A DNA stretch of 64,000 nt from positions 744,001-808,000 of the forward strand of contig BQFW01000004.1 in assembly GCA_020891255.1 (NCBI GenBank). Reading direction: 5' to 3'. Positions 24,006 to 36,300 of the stretch are shown piece by piece (within the stretch, counting starts at the first letter, position 1; every line of letters starts with the position of its first letter). Position numbers and translations under genes: made by a program. The notes below the pieces were generated by a model. The model was not told where the DNA came from. It did not search any database and was given only the letters and a program-made list of their open reading frames with translations. Origin of the DNA: Entomortierella parvispora E1425 (lineage: Eukaryota; Fungi; Mortierellomycota).

Positions 24006-26055
24006 ATGCCAGTCGGAAGTGTCGCACGTGTGTATGCGAACGTTAACGAGACGCTCCAGAAGGAATACTGGGACTATGACAATCTCCAGGTTCAATGGGG
24101 GTAAGGACCTAGACCTAGAACTAGACGCCACTTCCAAAATTGACGCTTGTCTTGGCGCAATTCCGCTTTGTCTTCGTCACTCGGTCTGCAGGATGGATGG
24201 AAGCACAAAAACGGCCCAACATGGAAGAAGACCTGGGCCTCCATTCGACTCTTGTTAATGTGACAAATAGAGGGCCATTTCAGCTGTCAGATGTCGACGG
24301 TCATGCATCCATCTCGTTATTGTTTGCAGCAACAAACCGCAGAGAATTATTTTTTCTTGACTCGGCTCTTCCATCTATAATTCTTGGAGAGGACCAATCC
24401 CAGACCAGATCCAAGGACAGCGGCACAATTCAAATAATCTCTTTGCGGATCAATCAGTGGCAATCATAGAACTTGAGCTGCGCCTTTTTAATTTCTTGCG
24501 CTAAGGGCTTTATTCGAGCGAAGAAGCGACCTCATTACTCACAGCTGATGTAGTCAGCCTACAAGCTAGACATTGATGGGGTTGCGTCGACCGGGGTTTT
24601 GCTGACGCCACTTCCAAATTTTGTTGGTCATGTTAAAATAGCGTCCAGGACAACTATGAAATCGTGCGCAAGGTCGGACGCGGAAAGTACTCGGAAGTGT
24701 TTGAGGGCTTTAACACTGTCAACAACGAGAAGTGCTGCATCAAGGTGCTGAAGCCTGTCAAGAAAAAGAAGATCAAGCGTGAGATCAAGATTCTCCAGAA
24801 CCTTGCTGGAGGTCCCAACGTCATTACACTCTTTGACGTCGTTCGCGACCCTCAGGTAAAGGGGGGGCAAGTCAAGTGAGGGGTTACATTGGAAACATCG
24901 AGTCAGGAGAGTGCCGCTTTATTTTCTTCAGACAGGAATCCAGAAAAGACGACATCATTTTAAATGGAGCGTCGCAACCTCCTATACAGGACAATTGATC
25001 AACCGATACACAGCATTCAGGATTCACCCTTCACCTATATACTGACCTCAATTGGATATCCTGCTTTAAACAACTAGTCCAAGACCCCCTCCTTGATCTT
25101 TGAGTGCGTGAACAACACGGATTTCAAGATTCTCTACCCCAAGTTCACAGACTTCGATGTGCGCTTTTACATTTTCGAGTTGTTGAAGGTAAACCCCGAT
25201 CTGGCATTAATGTAATTTCGATATGAGCTGATGGTCATTGTTGTGTTGAAGCTGACCAGATGGCGTTCTTGTTTTAACTATTTTTATCTAGGCTTTGGAT
25301 TTCTGCCACTCCAAGGGTATCATGCATCGTGATGTCAAACCCCACAATGTTATGATTGAGCACGAGAAGCGCAAGGTAGGATTGGTTTAGCTGCCATCTT
25401 GGAGTTGTTCTGGAGACAGTAGAATTTTTACTTACAATTTTATTTTATGATGCACTTTTAGCTTCGTTTGATCGACTGGGGTCTTGCCGAGTTCTACCAC
25501 CCTGGCACAGAGTACAACGTTCGTGTCGCCTCGCGTTACTTCAAGGGTCCTGAGCTTCTTGTCGACTTCCAGGAGTACGACTACTCGCTCGATATGTGGA
25601 GTTTGGGAGCGATGTTTGCTAGCATGGTAAATTTCTAAGGCTATCCTCTTGCGGGAATTGCTCTAAAATCCTTGTGGATGCCTGAAAGATATATTCTAAC
25701 TTGACATATGTGCTACAACAAATAGATCTTCCGCAAGGAACCATTCTTCCATGGTCACGACAACTATGACCAGCTTGTCAAGATCGCTCGCGTACTTGGA
25801 ACCAATGAGCTGTTTGCGTACTTGGAAAAGTACGACTTGGAGCTGGATGTGCAGTATGACGAGATTCTCGGCAGATATCCCCGCAAGCCTTGGAGCAAAT
25901 TCGTTACGCCAGAGAACCAGAGATTTGTCTCGAACGCTGCGATCGACTTTTTGGACAAGTTACTTCGTTATGATCACCAGGAACGCTTAACTGCTGCTGA
26001 GGCCATGGAGCACCCTTACTTTGACCCCGTCCGCGCCGCTGCAAAGACGCAATAG
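24006..26055 (+). CDS. CKA1: Casein kinase II catalytic subunit alpha, 6 exons
   Basis: Motifs [78 protein letters not shown]. Confidence 0.97.
24124..24618 (+). repeat. Perfect 15-bp direct repeat GACGCCACTTCCAAA bracketing most of CK2 intron 1
   Basis: Identical copies at 24124-24138 and 24604-24618, each 23 nt inside the intron boundary (intron 24101-24641). Confidence 0.9.
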
Positions 26056-26447
26056 ATTAGTGGACCACATTTCAGCGCTGAAACGACTTGATCGCCCACA
26101 CTGCCCTTTAACCCTTAGTTTTATCTCTTTCTTTTTCCCCCCCTCCTCATCCTGCAGAACAACATAAATATTTTTCTTTACCATTACCGTTGGGTATTCT
26201 CGTGTTTCTTGGTTATTTGATTTGTGGGCAGATGGTGTCTGACTCGATTCGATTCATGTTCAATTACTTAAGGGTGTTAAAAAAAGCTTCCCCGCAAATT
26301 TCTTATTTTGGATCTGGAACTCGCTCCGAAGACCAAAAAAAAAAGAGTAAGAAAGAAGAGGGATATTCGACTGAACAGATTCCCACACCTCTTTTCCTCT
26401 CCACTCCTCTTTCTCCATTCACTCTCACTCTCGTAGTACCAGCAATC

Positions 26448-28381
26448 ATGGAATCTCGCAAGGTTGGCATTCTCGGTGGAGGACAGCTCGGTCGCATGGT
26501 CCAGGAAGCTGCGTCCAGACTCAACATCTCGCTTACGATCTTGGACGAGCCTGTGGATTCGCCTGCAAAGCAACTCAATGCCATGGACGCTCATCTCCAG
26601 GGTAGCTTCAAGGATGCCGCCAAGATCCGTGAGCTTGCTAGCCAAGTGGATGTGATCACAGTGGAGATTGAGCATGTCGACACTACCGTGCTCAAGGAAT
26701 TGGAGGCCTCTGGCAAATCCATCCATCCTACGCCTGCCACCATTACATTGATTCAGGACAAATATTTGCAAAAGCAGCACTTGGCTTCACACAACATCCC
26801 CTTGGCTGATTCTTTGGACTGCCCAGACCAGGAGGCGATTGAGAAGGCTGGTTTGGAGTTTGGATACCCCTTCATGCTCAAGGCCAAGACGATGGCTTAT
26901 GATGGACGAGGCAACTATGTCGTCAAATCCGAGGCTGATCTGAAAGACGCTCGTTCCAAGCTTGCACCTGGCGTTCCCCTCTATGCTGAGCGTTGGGCCA
27001 AGTTCGATCGTGAGTTGGCGGTGATGGTTGTCCGTTCAGTGACAGGAGAGGTCCGCTCCTACCCCGTGGTCGAAACTGTGCACAAGAACAGTGTTTGCCA
27101 CTTGGTCTTTGCCCCCGCCCAGGTCGGCCGTGGCTTGAAGGGTACTTCGGATGAGACCTTTTCGCACTCGATCCATGAGCAGGCCAAGAAGGTGGCCGAG
27201 GAGGCTATCGCCAGTCTCTCAGGCGCCGGTGTTTTCGGTGTTGAGATGTTTTTGATGGAGAATGGTAAGTCGTGTTGAGAATGGGAGAGTCCGCCGATAT
27301 GGAGCGGAACCAGTGGGGGGTGTTTTGAGTCACTTTTTTATCGTTCTTTGAATTTATGATCCGCTCTCTAATCATTGTGTTGTTGATCTCCACAGGTCAA
27401 ATCCTTTTGAATGAGATTGCTCCTCGTCCCCACAACTCTGGACACTATACCATCGAGGCTTGCCACACTTCACAATATGAGAACCATCTCCGTGCCATCC
27501 TTGGACTGCCTCTTGGATCCACCGAGATGAAGGTTCATGCTTCTGGCATGCTCAACATCCTCGGCGCTGGCGATGTCACCTACAAAGCTTGCGAGATCGC
27601 CTATGGAATCCCAGGGGCGACGACTCATCTCTATGGCAAAAAGGAGTGCAAGGCTGGTCGCAAGATGGGCCATATCACCGTTGTTGGTGATTCCATGACT
27701 GAGGTTCATGACCGCTTGCTGCCTATGGTTATGGCTATGGACCCCAAGGACGAGTCCCCCTTCAACTTGGACCCTATGGTTTCGATCGTTATGGGATCAG
27801 ACAGTGATTTGAAGGTCATGGAGGCCGCTGCTCAGATCTTGACCAAGTTTTCAGTTCCTTTTGAGCTTTCCTTGGTTTCGGCCCACAGAACCCCCGACCG
27901 TATGTACCATTTCGGAAAGATGGCTGCCAAGCGTGGGATCAAGGTCATCATTGCTGGTGCTGGTGGAGCTGCTCATTTGCCCGGCATGGTTGCCGCTTTG
28001 ACTCCTTTGCCCGTGATCGGAGTTCCCGTTCGTGGCAGCACCTTGGATGGTGTCGACTCTTTGCACTCAATTGTCCAGATGCCTGTAAGCGATAAATCCT
28101 TGGCAGATTGAGTTGATGTTCTAAAGATGATTCAAAGAGCTAACCCTTCCTTACCTTTATTTGCATCTTTTTCATCATAGCGCGGCGTACCAGTCGCAAC
28201 GGTGGCTATTAACAACAGCACAAACGCTGCCCTGTTGGCCGTTAGAATGTTGGGCAGTTTTGTTCCTTCTTACTTGGACAAGATGGCCAAGTATCAGGAG
28301 AGCATGGAGAAGGAGGTCCTTGGCAAGATCGATACACTGGACCGCGTCGGCTGGGAGAAATACGAGTACATCAAGCATTAG
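26448..28381 (+). CDS. ADE2: Phosphoribosylaminoimidazole carboxylase (PurK-PurE fusion), 3 exons
   Basis: Motifs [16 protein letters not shown]-like [65 protein letters not shown]|RGVPVATV. Confidence 0.97.
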
Positions 28382-28531
28382 AAACTCTTCCATACACCAT
28401 ACAAATATCATATTATCATTTTCTTTTTTTTTCTCATTGAGATTATTTGGTGGCGTAGTCACGTGTTCAATATCGTTGCTGTAAAAGATCACCAAATATG
28501 TCAACCATGGCACTTCACTTTCATTACTCTC

Positions 28532-31134
28532 ATGCATCGTCTCTCAATGTCATTGCCTCTAGTGCGAACAAGCTGTGCCGGGTCATTAAAAACACTGCAG
28601 AGACCCCTGCTCTGCCACAATACTCGCCCATGCATTCGGATTCGCCAACTCGGAACCTCTTCCACGAGTTCAAAGCAGCTGAATCCTACCTTTGATACAC
28701 GCGGATCGCTCCGGATATCAAGTGCCACAAGGAGCACTTTATCAGAATGGAAAACACCCTGCATATTAAGATCTACTTGTCGATCCAAGGGTCTGATAAC
28801 GCCTAATAGTTTTGTCCGCTCCATGGCAACAGCATCTCCAAACTCGAACAAGGACAGCAACTCAACATCAGCATCCTATGAGCCTGCAACATTGGAATAT
28901 TCTCGCCCATTCTCAGAGCTCACAAACCTCCACCCTTCTACCTTAGAGGCGATTCAATCCACTTTCGGCTACGAATCCATGTCCAAAGTTCAGTATTCTG
29001 TGCTCTCTCAACTCCCTACAAAGCGAGACCTGATGGTCAAGGCGAAAACCGGCACAGGAAAAACTTTGGCATTTTTGGTCGCCGCCTTGGAATCGCTGAT
29101 GGCGCTGCCTGCGGAAACAAAGATGAAGATGGGTGGCAAAATTGGATGCGTGATCATTGCTCCCACTCGAGAATTAGCCTTGCAGATTTCGGAGGAGGCA
29201 ACACAACTTTTGAAGCCATTGGGATGGGGCGTTCAATACCTTGTCGGAGGCGAGAGCAAAGGCAAACAGTTGGATCGAATCTCCAAGGAGCCAGCGGAAT
29301 TTATTGTGGTTACTCCAGGGAGAATCAAGGATCTGCTGGGGAACAGTGAATTTGCAGCCAAGATGCGAGAGTCCAAAGTGGTGAGCATCATTTCTTTGAA
29401 CTTTGCGCTGAAATGAAACGCTTCGAAGCTCCCATTAACTTTTTATACTATGCAATTTGATTCTCCTACTAGCTGGTCTTGGATGAAGCCGACACGATGC
29501 TCCAACTGGGATTCCGTGATCAGCTGGATGCAGTTTTGGAGGCCATGCCCAAGGATCGACAGACATTTCTCTTCTCAGCCACTGTAGACTCTAAACTGGA
29601 TTCACTCCTGGATGTGGCTTTGCCTAAAAGGACGTCCAAGACTGACGGCCCCATCATGATTGATACGGTCGGATCCAAGGACATCAACCTGAATCTGGCA
29701 ACTCGTCAAGGATATTGTCTTGCACCCTATCAGTCCCATGTGGCTCTCATCCGAAGAATCATCAATGACCATTTGTTGAAGGACATGGATTTGGAGCATC
29801 AGGAAACGCTAAAGAAACCCAAAAAGGTTTCCAATACCCTTACACCTGCTGCTATTGCGGCCGCTGCGAAAAAGGAAAAGAAGACCGCCGCCAACAGCAA
29901 AGATCGACCCAACAACAAGATCATGGTCTTTTTGCCCACGACACGAGGAGCACAATTGTATGCCAAGGTCTTTGCAACGCTCTCGATGGGCAAAGAACTC
30001 TCTGTCTTTGAAATCCATTCTGCGAAACATCAACGGGAGCGTACCTTGACTAGTCGCAACTTTAAGAGGATCCAGACCCCTGCTGTTTTGTTCACTTCGG
30101 ATGTCTCTGCTCGCGGTGTCGACTACCCAGGTGTGGGACTGGTGATCCAAGTAGGCGCCCCCCTCTCTCTGGAACACTATATCCATCGAATTGGAAGAAC
30201 GGGACGTGGCGATGGATCAGAAAAGAATGCTGCTAAGAAAGGAAAGAAGGCGGCGACAGAGGATCCCCATGGACGTGGTATCTTGGTCTTGGGCGAATTG
30301 GATCAAGGATTTATTGAGCATCAATTAAAGCCCTCGCCTCTGGGTGCCGTAGTTCAACAGGAACACCAGTACGATGACTGGCAGAGCGTCATGCTGGGAG
30401 AGAGTTTGGATCGTGGATTCAAGAAAGCACTGTCCAAGGTCGATGAAAAGTTGGCCAAGAGCGCTTACACCGCTTTCCTGGGATATAGTATGTTTTTCAA
30501 ACGGACGTGTGTTCCATGTGGCAAAATTTTCAAATGATTGTTGTCAGCTAACTTTTGCTTTCCACTCTGTGCAGACTTGACGGTAGGACCTAGGATTGGC
30601 AATACGGATCGGAAAAAGATCCTAGAGTCGGCGGATAAGTATATCGAGGCCTTTGGGGTGGAAGAGAGACCTGCAGTGTCGACAAGTTTCCTTGAGCGAA
30701 TGGGCTTTATGAAGGATCGCCCACTTTCGATTGAAGAAGGCGGAGAAGGCGCAGCTACGGGCAACGAGTCAGAACGATATGAACTTGTAGATGGCACTTT
30801 CCCCACCATCAATACCCGGATTACTCGACAAAAGACTGGCGATGCTGCTTTGGACGATGAAGATCAGGATCTGCTGGATCAGGATCTAGACGACCCCACG
30901 AACCCCAAGCCCTTGTCTCGCAAGAAACGCCAGGAGGAATTCGAGACCAGGGTCGGATTGCCCGAGACCGAGTATATCCAGATCAACGAGTCAGAGTGGG
31001 AGGACTTTATCGAGTTTAAACCAGGCATGCCCAAGATCATTGAGAAATTGCACAGTCCACAGCGCATGGGCCATTTTGGAAACAGACCCAGCAAAAAGAC
31101 TGTCAAGATCTACAGTGACAACGATGGCTGGTAG
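28532..31134 (+). CDS. DEAD-box RNA helicase, Mss116-like, probably mitochondrial
   Basis: Motifs AKTGTGKT, PTRELA, TPGR, LDEAD, SAT, ARGVD, HRIGRTGR. Arg/Ser-rich presequence-like N-terminus; two introns. Confidence 0.9.
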
Positions 31135-31583
31135 TTTAGTTTTGAAACAATAATAAACCCCTGTGCCTTCTATAAAAAAAGAAAGCTGATTATTGTCTTT
31201 GCCCCTCTCGGCCTTGGTGACACCAACATATCCCCTCAGGATATCCACTGTGATGTGACAACCAATAAAAGGACGCACAGGCGATAGGGGGTGGTGGCCG
31301 ATGGTGTTTGATATTTGTAGTATGAGTTTTCCCTTTTAATGTTTGAATGTAATGATAAAGAGAGGAATATACTTGGAACATAGAAGTCAGTGAGGAAGAA
31401 AAAGGAGATAAATTAAAAAGCGACTATATGGAATATTTGCCTGTGCTAACACAGATGAGATGGTTCGAGAGAGCGAGAGTGAGGAGGGAGCTGTGCTGAG
31501 GGGAAGATGGCTAGGTAAAGATGAACATGAATTGCAGTCGAAAGAGAAGAGTGGGGGTGGGTGTTGAGCGAGAGGAAAAATTA

Positions 31584-33369
31584 TTACAGGAGACCGCAAT
31601 CTCGAAGGTTCGTCTGGATGATGATGTCGCTGACCGCAGCCATGACGAACTTGATCTGGCTTGTGTCTGTGGCACAAGTGAAGTGGGTATAGATCTGCTT
31701 GGACTCGGACCCGTTCAGGCTCACGAAACGATTCAGGATGTACTGGGAGGCTTGTTCATAGTCATCACCGCCCTCATAGTCGCTAAAGTATTTGCGCATG
31801 GGCGAGACTGGCAGTTTCTCCTTGAAACGATCAATCTTGTTCAAGAAGAGGATAATAGAGGTTTTTACGAACCAACGCGAGTTGCAGATCGAGTCAAAGA
31901 GTGTCAGGGCTTCTTGCATGCGGTTCACCGTCTCGTCCTCGAACAAGAGCTGATCGTACTCTGAGATCGCAACCAGGAACACAATCGCCGTCACGTTCTC
32001 GAAGCAATGGATCCACTTCTTTCGCTCCGACCGCTGTCCACCGACATCAAACATCATGTAGGTCAGTTCACCGATCACAAAGCGCGTCTCCGTAATGCCT
32101 GTCGTCTTGACACGAGACCGGAGCACGTCTTGGTTCGTGGGGATATAGTTAGTCTTGGCAATCCGGTCAATTGAGTCAAAGTAACTATAATGAAGAGGGT
32201 CAAAGAGTCAGAGACACATCCCTTCAGCTAACATAATCGTTGTGTGTTCTCAGTTCTGCCGTTAGGACTTACTATTTCGCAGAATCGTTCAACTGGTACT
32301 CGCGACTTCTCTGGAATGCCTGCTGGACGTTGGGGTCAACCCAGAGATTCTGGACTGCGACCGCGACATCATGTGGCATGTACTCGCCTTCGATTTGGGG
32401 GGGCAAGCTCATGATAGTGCCTGCGTATGAGCGATTAGCGTCATGATAAAGTGGCAGCTCCATCTTGTCCATAGCCTCGAGAATGACACGCATGCTAGAG
32501 CAGGATGGCGTTGTACATGATTTAGTAAGTATTTTCTAAGTGGAGCTCATATCTCTCACACTCAAGCACCCCATGACTGAGCCATGTCAAGACACAACAA
32601 TGATCGGGGAGACCGTGCTCTGCTGGCTTGTCGCACCGCATCCAGGCAGTTAGCATGATCTTTCTCCCCTGCCCCCCACAAAGTTCTAAAGGAACAGGGC
32701 CCGCTCGAGCGCGCACGCATTTGTGTAACTGCGCCCACAACAGCATTGTGTGTCTGGGTTGTTTAGATCATGCGTTGAAGGTTTCTTGTTCCAAGGGGTG
32801 CGATTATTACAATTGCCCCCCCAAGCATGGTACAGAAAACACCGATGGTGCGAAAATGAGGGGGAAGGAGCGGGGGGGGGGGGAACCATTCTGTCTTTTT
32901 TTTTTTTTTTTTTTTTTTCATCGCAGAATCTGGGCGTCAGCCGTTGGCAATGCAACATCTCTCACCCCTGCAGACCCAAAGCCGCTCGGTCCCTGTTCTT
33001 GGTTGGAGAGTTCGGGGTTTGGACTGCCCCTTTCTTACCTTTGGACTGTGTTGGAGAAGATGATCTCCTTGAAAGCTTCTCGTTCATCATTTGAATATCC
33101 TCCATCGTGGATCAACTTCATCTGCTTAAGGATGGTCGACTTGCCAGACTCTCCGGCACCTGTTTGAAGGAAATACTATTGGTGAATATCCCGGTGGTTG
33201 AAAGGGTAAGGGTAGAGGGGGAGACTGCCTGTCTTGGTTGGAGCAACGTACCTAGCAAGAGCATCTTGACTTCGTTGCGCATCTGGATACGGTCGCGGCG
33301 AAGTTGGTTCTCGATGGCCTCATTGCGACTGCGGCTCTCCTTATCCTCTTGACTGATACAACAACCCAT
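31584..33369 (-). CDS. Heterotrimeric G-protein alpha subunit, fungal group I (Gi-like)
   Basis: N-terminal MGCC (myristoylation/palmitoylation), [35 protein letters not shown], and C-terminal NLRDCGLL. Confidence 0.96.
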
Positions 33370-36300
33370 TGTAGATTGTGTTGGGTGTTGGGTGTGGCAG
33401 GCTTAGTGTGTCGAGGGGAATGTCAAAGACGAGGTGCCGTTGTTGACAGGCAATACTATGGTTCAATGCAGAGGCTCAAAGTGACAAAGGCGGACGAAGA
33501 CTCGTTGATTCTGCTGTAGAGAGCACGAATAGATGAAGGGAGAGGGAGAGAGATAGAGAGGGAGGGAGAGAAATGAAGGAAGTATTAGATTTAGATCAAG
33601 CTGGCCGGTGGCCGGTGGCGAAGGGTGTGGAGTAAATCAAGGAAGGGAGTCCTGGCCATACAAAGGACTGGGGTGCTGTTTTGACAAGCAAGGACAGGAA
33701 CAGGGACGAGGAGAACAATGTTTAACAAAAAGATATCGTAGTCGGCGTTGACGTTATGGGACCAATGCTGAGGCTCCGCGACAGCAGTCCAAGAGAGCAA
33801 TTAGAGGTAGGAGTAAGGAAGGGGATGGATGGTCAAGAGGGATTCCAAAGACCGAGACGAAGAAGGTATCAATGAACAGAGTCGAAGCGGTGTAGGCTGG
33901 AAGGAGCGAGAGAGAGAGAAAGAGAGAGATAGTTCGTGTGTGTGGAAGAGAGACAAAGAGAAAGAGTAAGAGAAACGACAGTGAAGGAGAGAAGAGGGAG
34001 GGGATGGGATGGGCCTTGAATAAGAAAAATAAATAAAGTGAAGACAACAAGAGGCTGCGAGAGCCCATTGGGAGCCAGGAGGCCACCTCCATCCCATCCC
34101 AGCCCGTCGTCCTCTCTGTCTTTATCCATGGATCGAAGATGTGCAAGAGAAAAAAGAAAAAAAAGGGAAAGATCGAGGGGGTTGAGCGCACTTTGTTTGA
34201 CACAAAAGGACAGAGATGAACTGCAAGGGGGAGAAAAGAGAGGGAGGCGAGGGAGGAGCCAGGTTGTTGTCCACACTCTTTCTCATATTCTCTATCTCTT
34301 TCTCTCTCCTACTCTCACCCCTCACTCTTCCATTCTCCTCTTAGTGCGGGATCTCCCTTGATGAGTGCTGTCGAGGTTATCCTGTCCCCGTTACTGGCAG
34401 CGTGCGCGTGCGCGTGCAGGGCTTGATGAAAGGCATTCTCGCGTGCTGAGTGCCTTTCGCAAAGGTAAACTGGACACATCCACACACGCGTGGGCCAAAT
34501 TGACCAAAGGGGTTGGGAGGACAGGGGATAATGGATGGAGATGCGAGCCAGGGGCAAAGAGGGAGATGTAAAGAGGGAGAGGACCGAGATCTACCCCTGG
34601 GCGTTGTTGGATGTTTGCAGTGTGTCGCACAGGCATTGGGTCACGCAGAAATGCAATCAAAGAAGAAGTGGCTGTTCGTGGACCATGCATTCTGTTGCCG
34701 ATCGAAGCCAGACCTCGCGCAAAAAGTATTCAATTGCTTTCGCGCATTGAAACAGAAAAGCACGCATACATAAGACTACCAGTCTTTGTTCGCTACAAGT
34801 GCAAACCTCACGAAGAATAGAAGGGATGGTGAAACGAAGAGTTGGAGCAGAAGATTGGGAAGAAGCAAAGGGCTACGAACCTTTTCTGTTTGCTTTTGAG
34901 AGCGGGATTGAAAATAAATGCGGTTGGGGCTGAAGAGGCGATTGACGACGAAGGGAAGGCAGTTGGGGTTGTATGTGCGAACTGGCCGGGGCAGAAGCGG
35001 TCGAAGTCTCAAGGGTTGGATACAGGGCGCGCGCGCGACAGAGCAAGAAAAGAGCCAGAGATGAATGAAGAAGGGATCGTAGAGGTGGAGGATGGAGAAG
35101 GTGAATGCAGCGAAGGGGGAGGATGAGAGAGATCAGAAACGAATGGTGAATGGTGAATGGTGAATGAGAATGTAGAAGAAGGAAATGAGGGAAGAGAAGG
35201 AAAGAGAGAAGGGGGGGGGAGGGAGAAAAAAGAACGAAAGAAAAATGAGAGGGAGAGAGCGCTCAGAGCGTTCTGCCGACAAACGACAACGACGACGGCG
35301 ACGATGGCAATGCTGGCGATAATGATGGGGTGGACCATTAGGCGTCTGTCTCTCCTTCTGTCAGTCGGTCTGCATCATCTCCTTCTCTATCCGCACCCCA
35401 GCTTCATCCTCTGGAGAGGATGGCCGTTGGACTGTCTGTGAGCGCAAACACGCCCGTCCATGCCTCGATCCACGCAACAGCGATGCAGAAAGACAGACGC
35501 TTTGGCGCTTTGTTTTTTTGTCCGATGCCATGGTGAAGGATGGGCACGCTCCACCCCCTTTTTCAGTATCCTCACGACCCTTCGGGTCTTCTTCACTGAC
35601 TGTCATTGCCGTCTTGACAGCCTTCACCCACCCACCTACCTACTCTTTCTCTCTCTCCCCTGCTGGCCGATCTCATCGGCAGCACATCTACTTGATCGTC
35701 CAGGCATAGCCGCCATGCCTCGTCATGGAGAGCATTGAATCTGGCCACACGGTGAATGGCTGCATTGTCCATTCGAGCGGAGAGCGTTGATGATACGGAA
35801 ATATAAACAGTGGCGATAATTACCTTTGTTCGGACAGACTTCACAGTCAGAACGAATGAACCAGTGAGCCCTTTGAGCACCACCCCTCTTTTGTTTTCTT
35901 CCTCGATAGATCTAATTGGGACTTGTCTGCCAGACTGCCCCCTTGGGTTGGTATTTGGTTGGCTTGCAGACAGTCTGGAGCACATACTCCGGGCAGTCTA
36001 GCAAACAACATCTGGCGACTGTCCATATTGCATTTAGGCCTCGTGAACTGGTTCCTGCTGTTTTTGATTGCGGCCAGTTTGTAGTTTTTGTGGTTGCTGT
36101 GGTCCTTGACCGCTGGTCAGTGATGCATGAATAACAAGCAAGCAGTTTGTTCAAAACGAACAACCATCGATCCAGGGGGTGATGGGCCAAGGACCTGACG
36201 GGAGTCAAGAAAAAGTAACAACAAAGAAAAATGAGGAAAAAAAACACGGAGAACGGAGAACGCGGAGACAATAGCCGCCTGCATTGCGATGCAGGGATAG

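Noticed and set aside
26190-26447. In-frame N-terminal extension of ADE2 in the ORF track
   Set aside because: It overlaps the CK2 3' region and promoter sequence; homology begins at [10 protein letters not shown] (26448).
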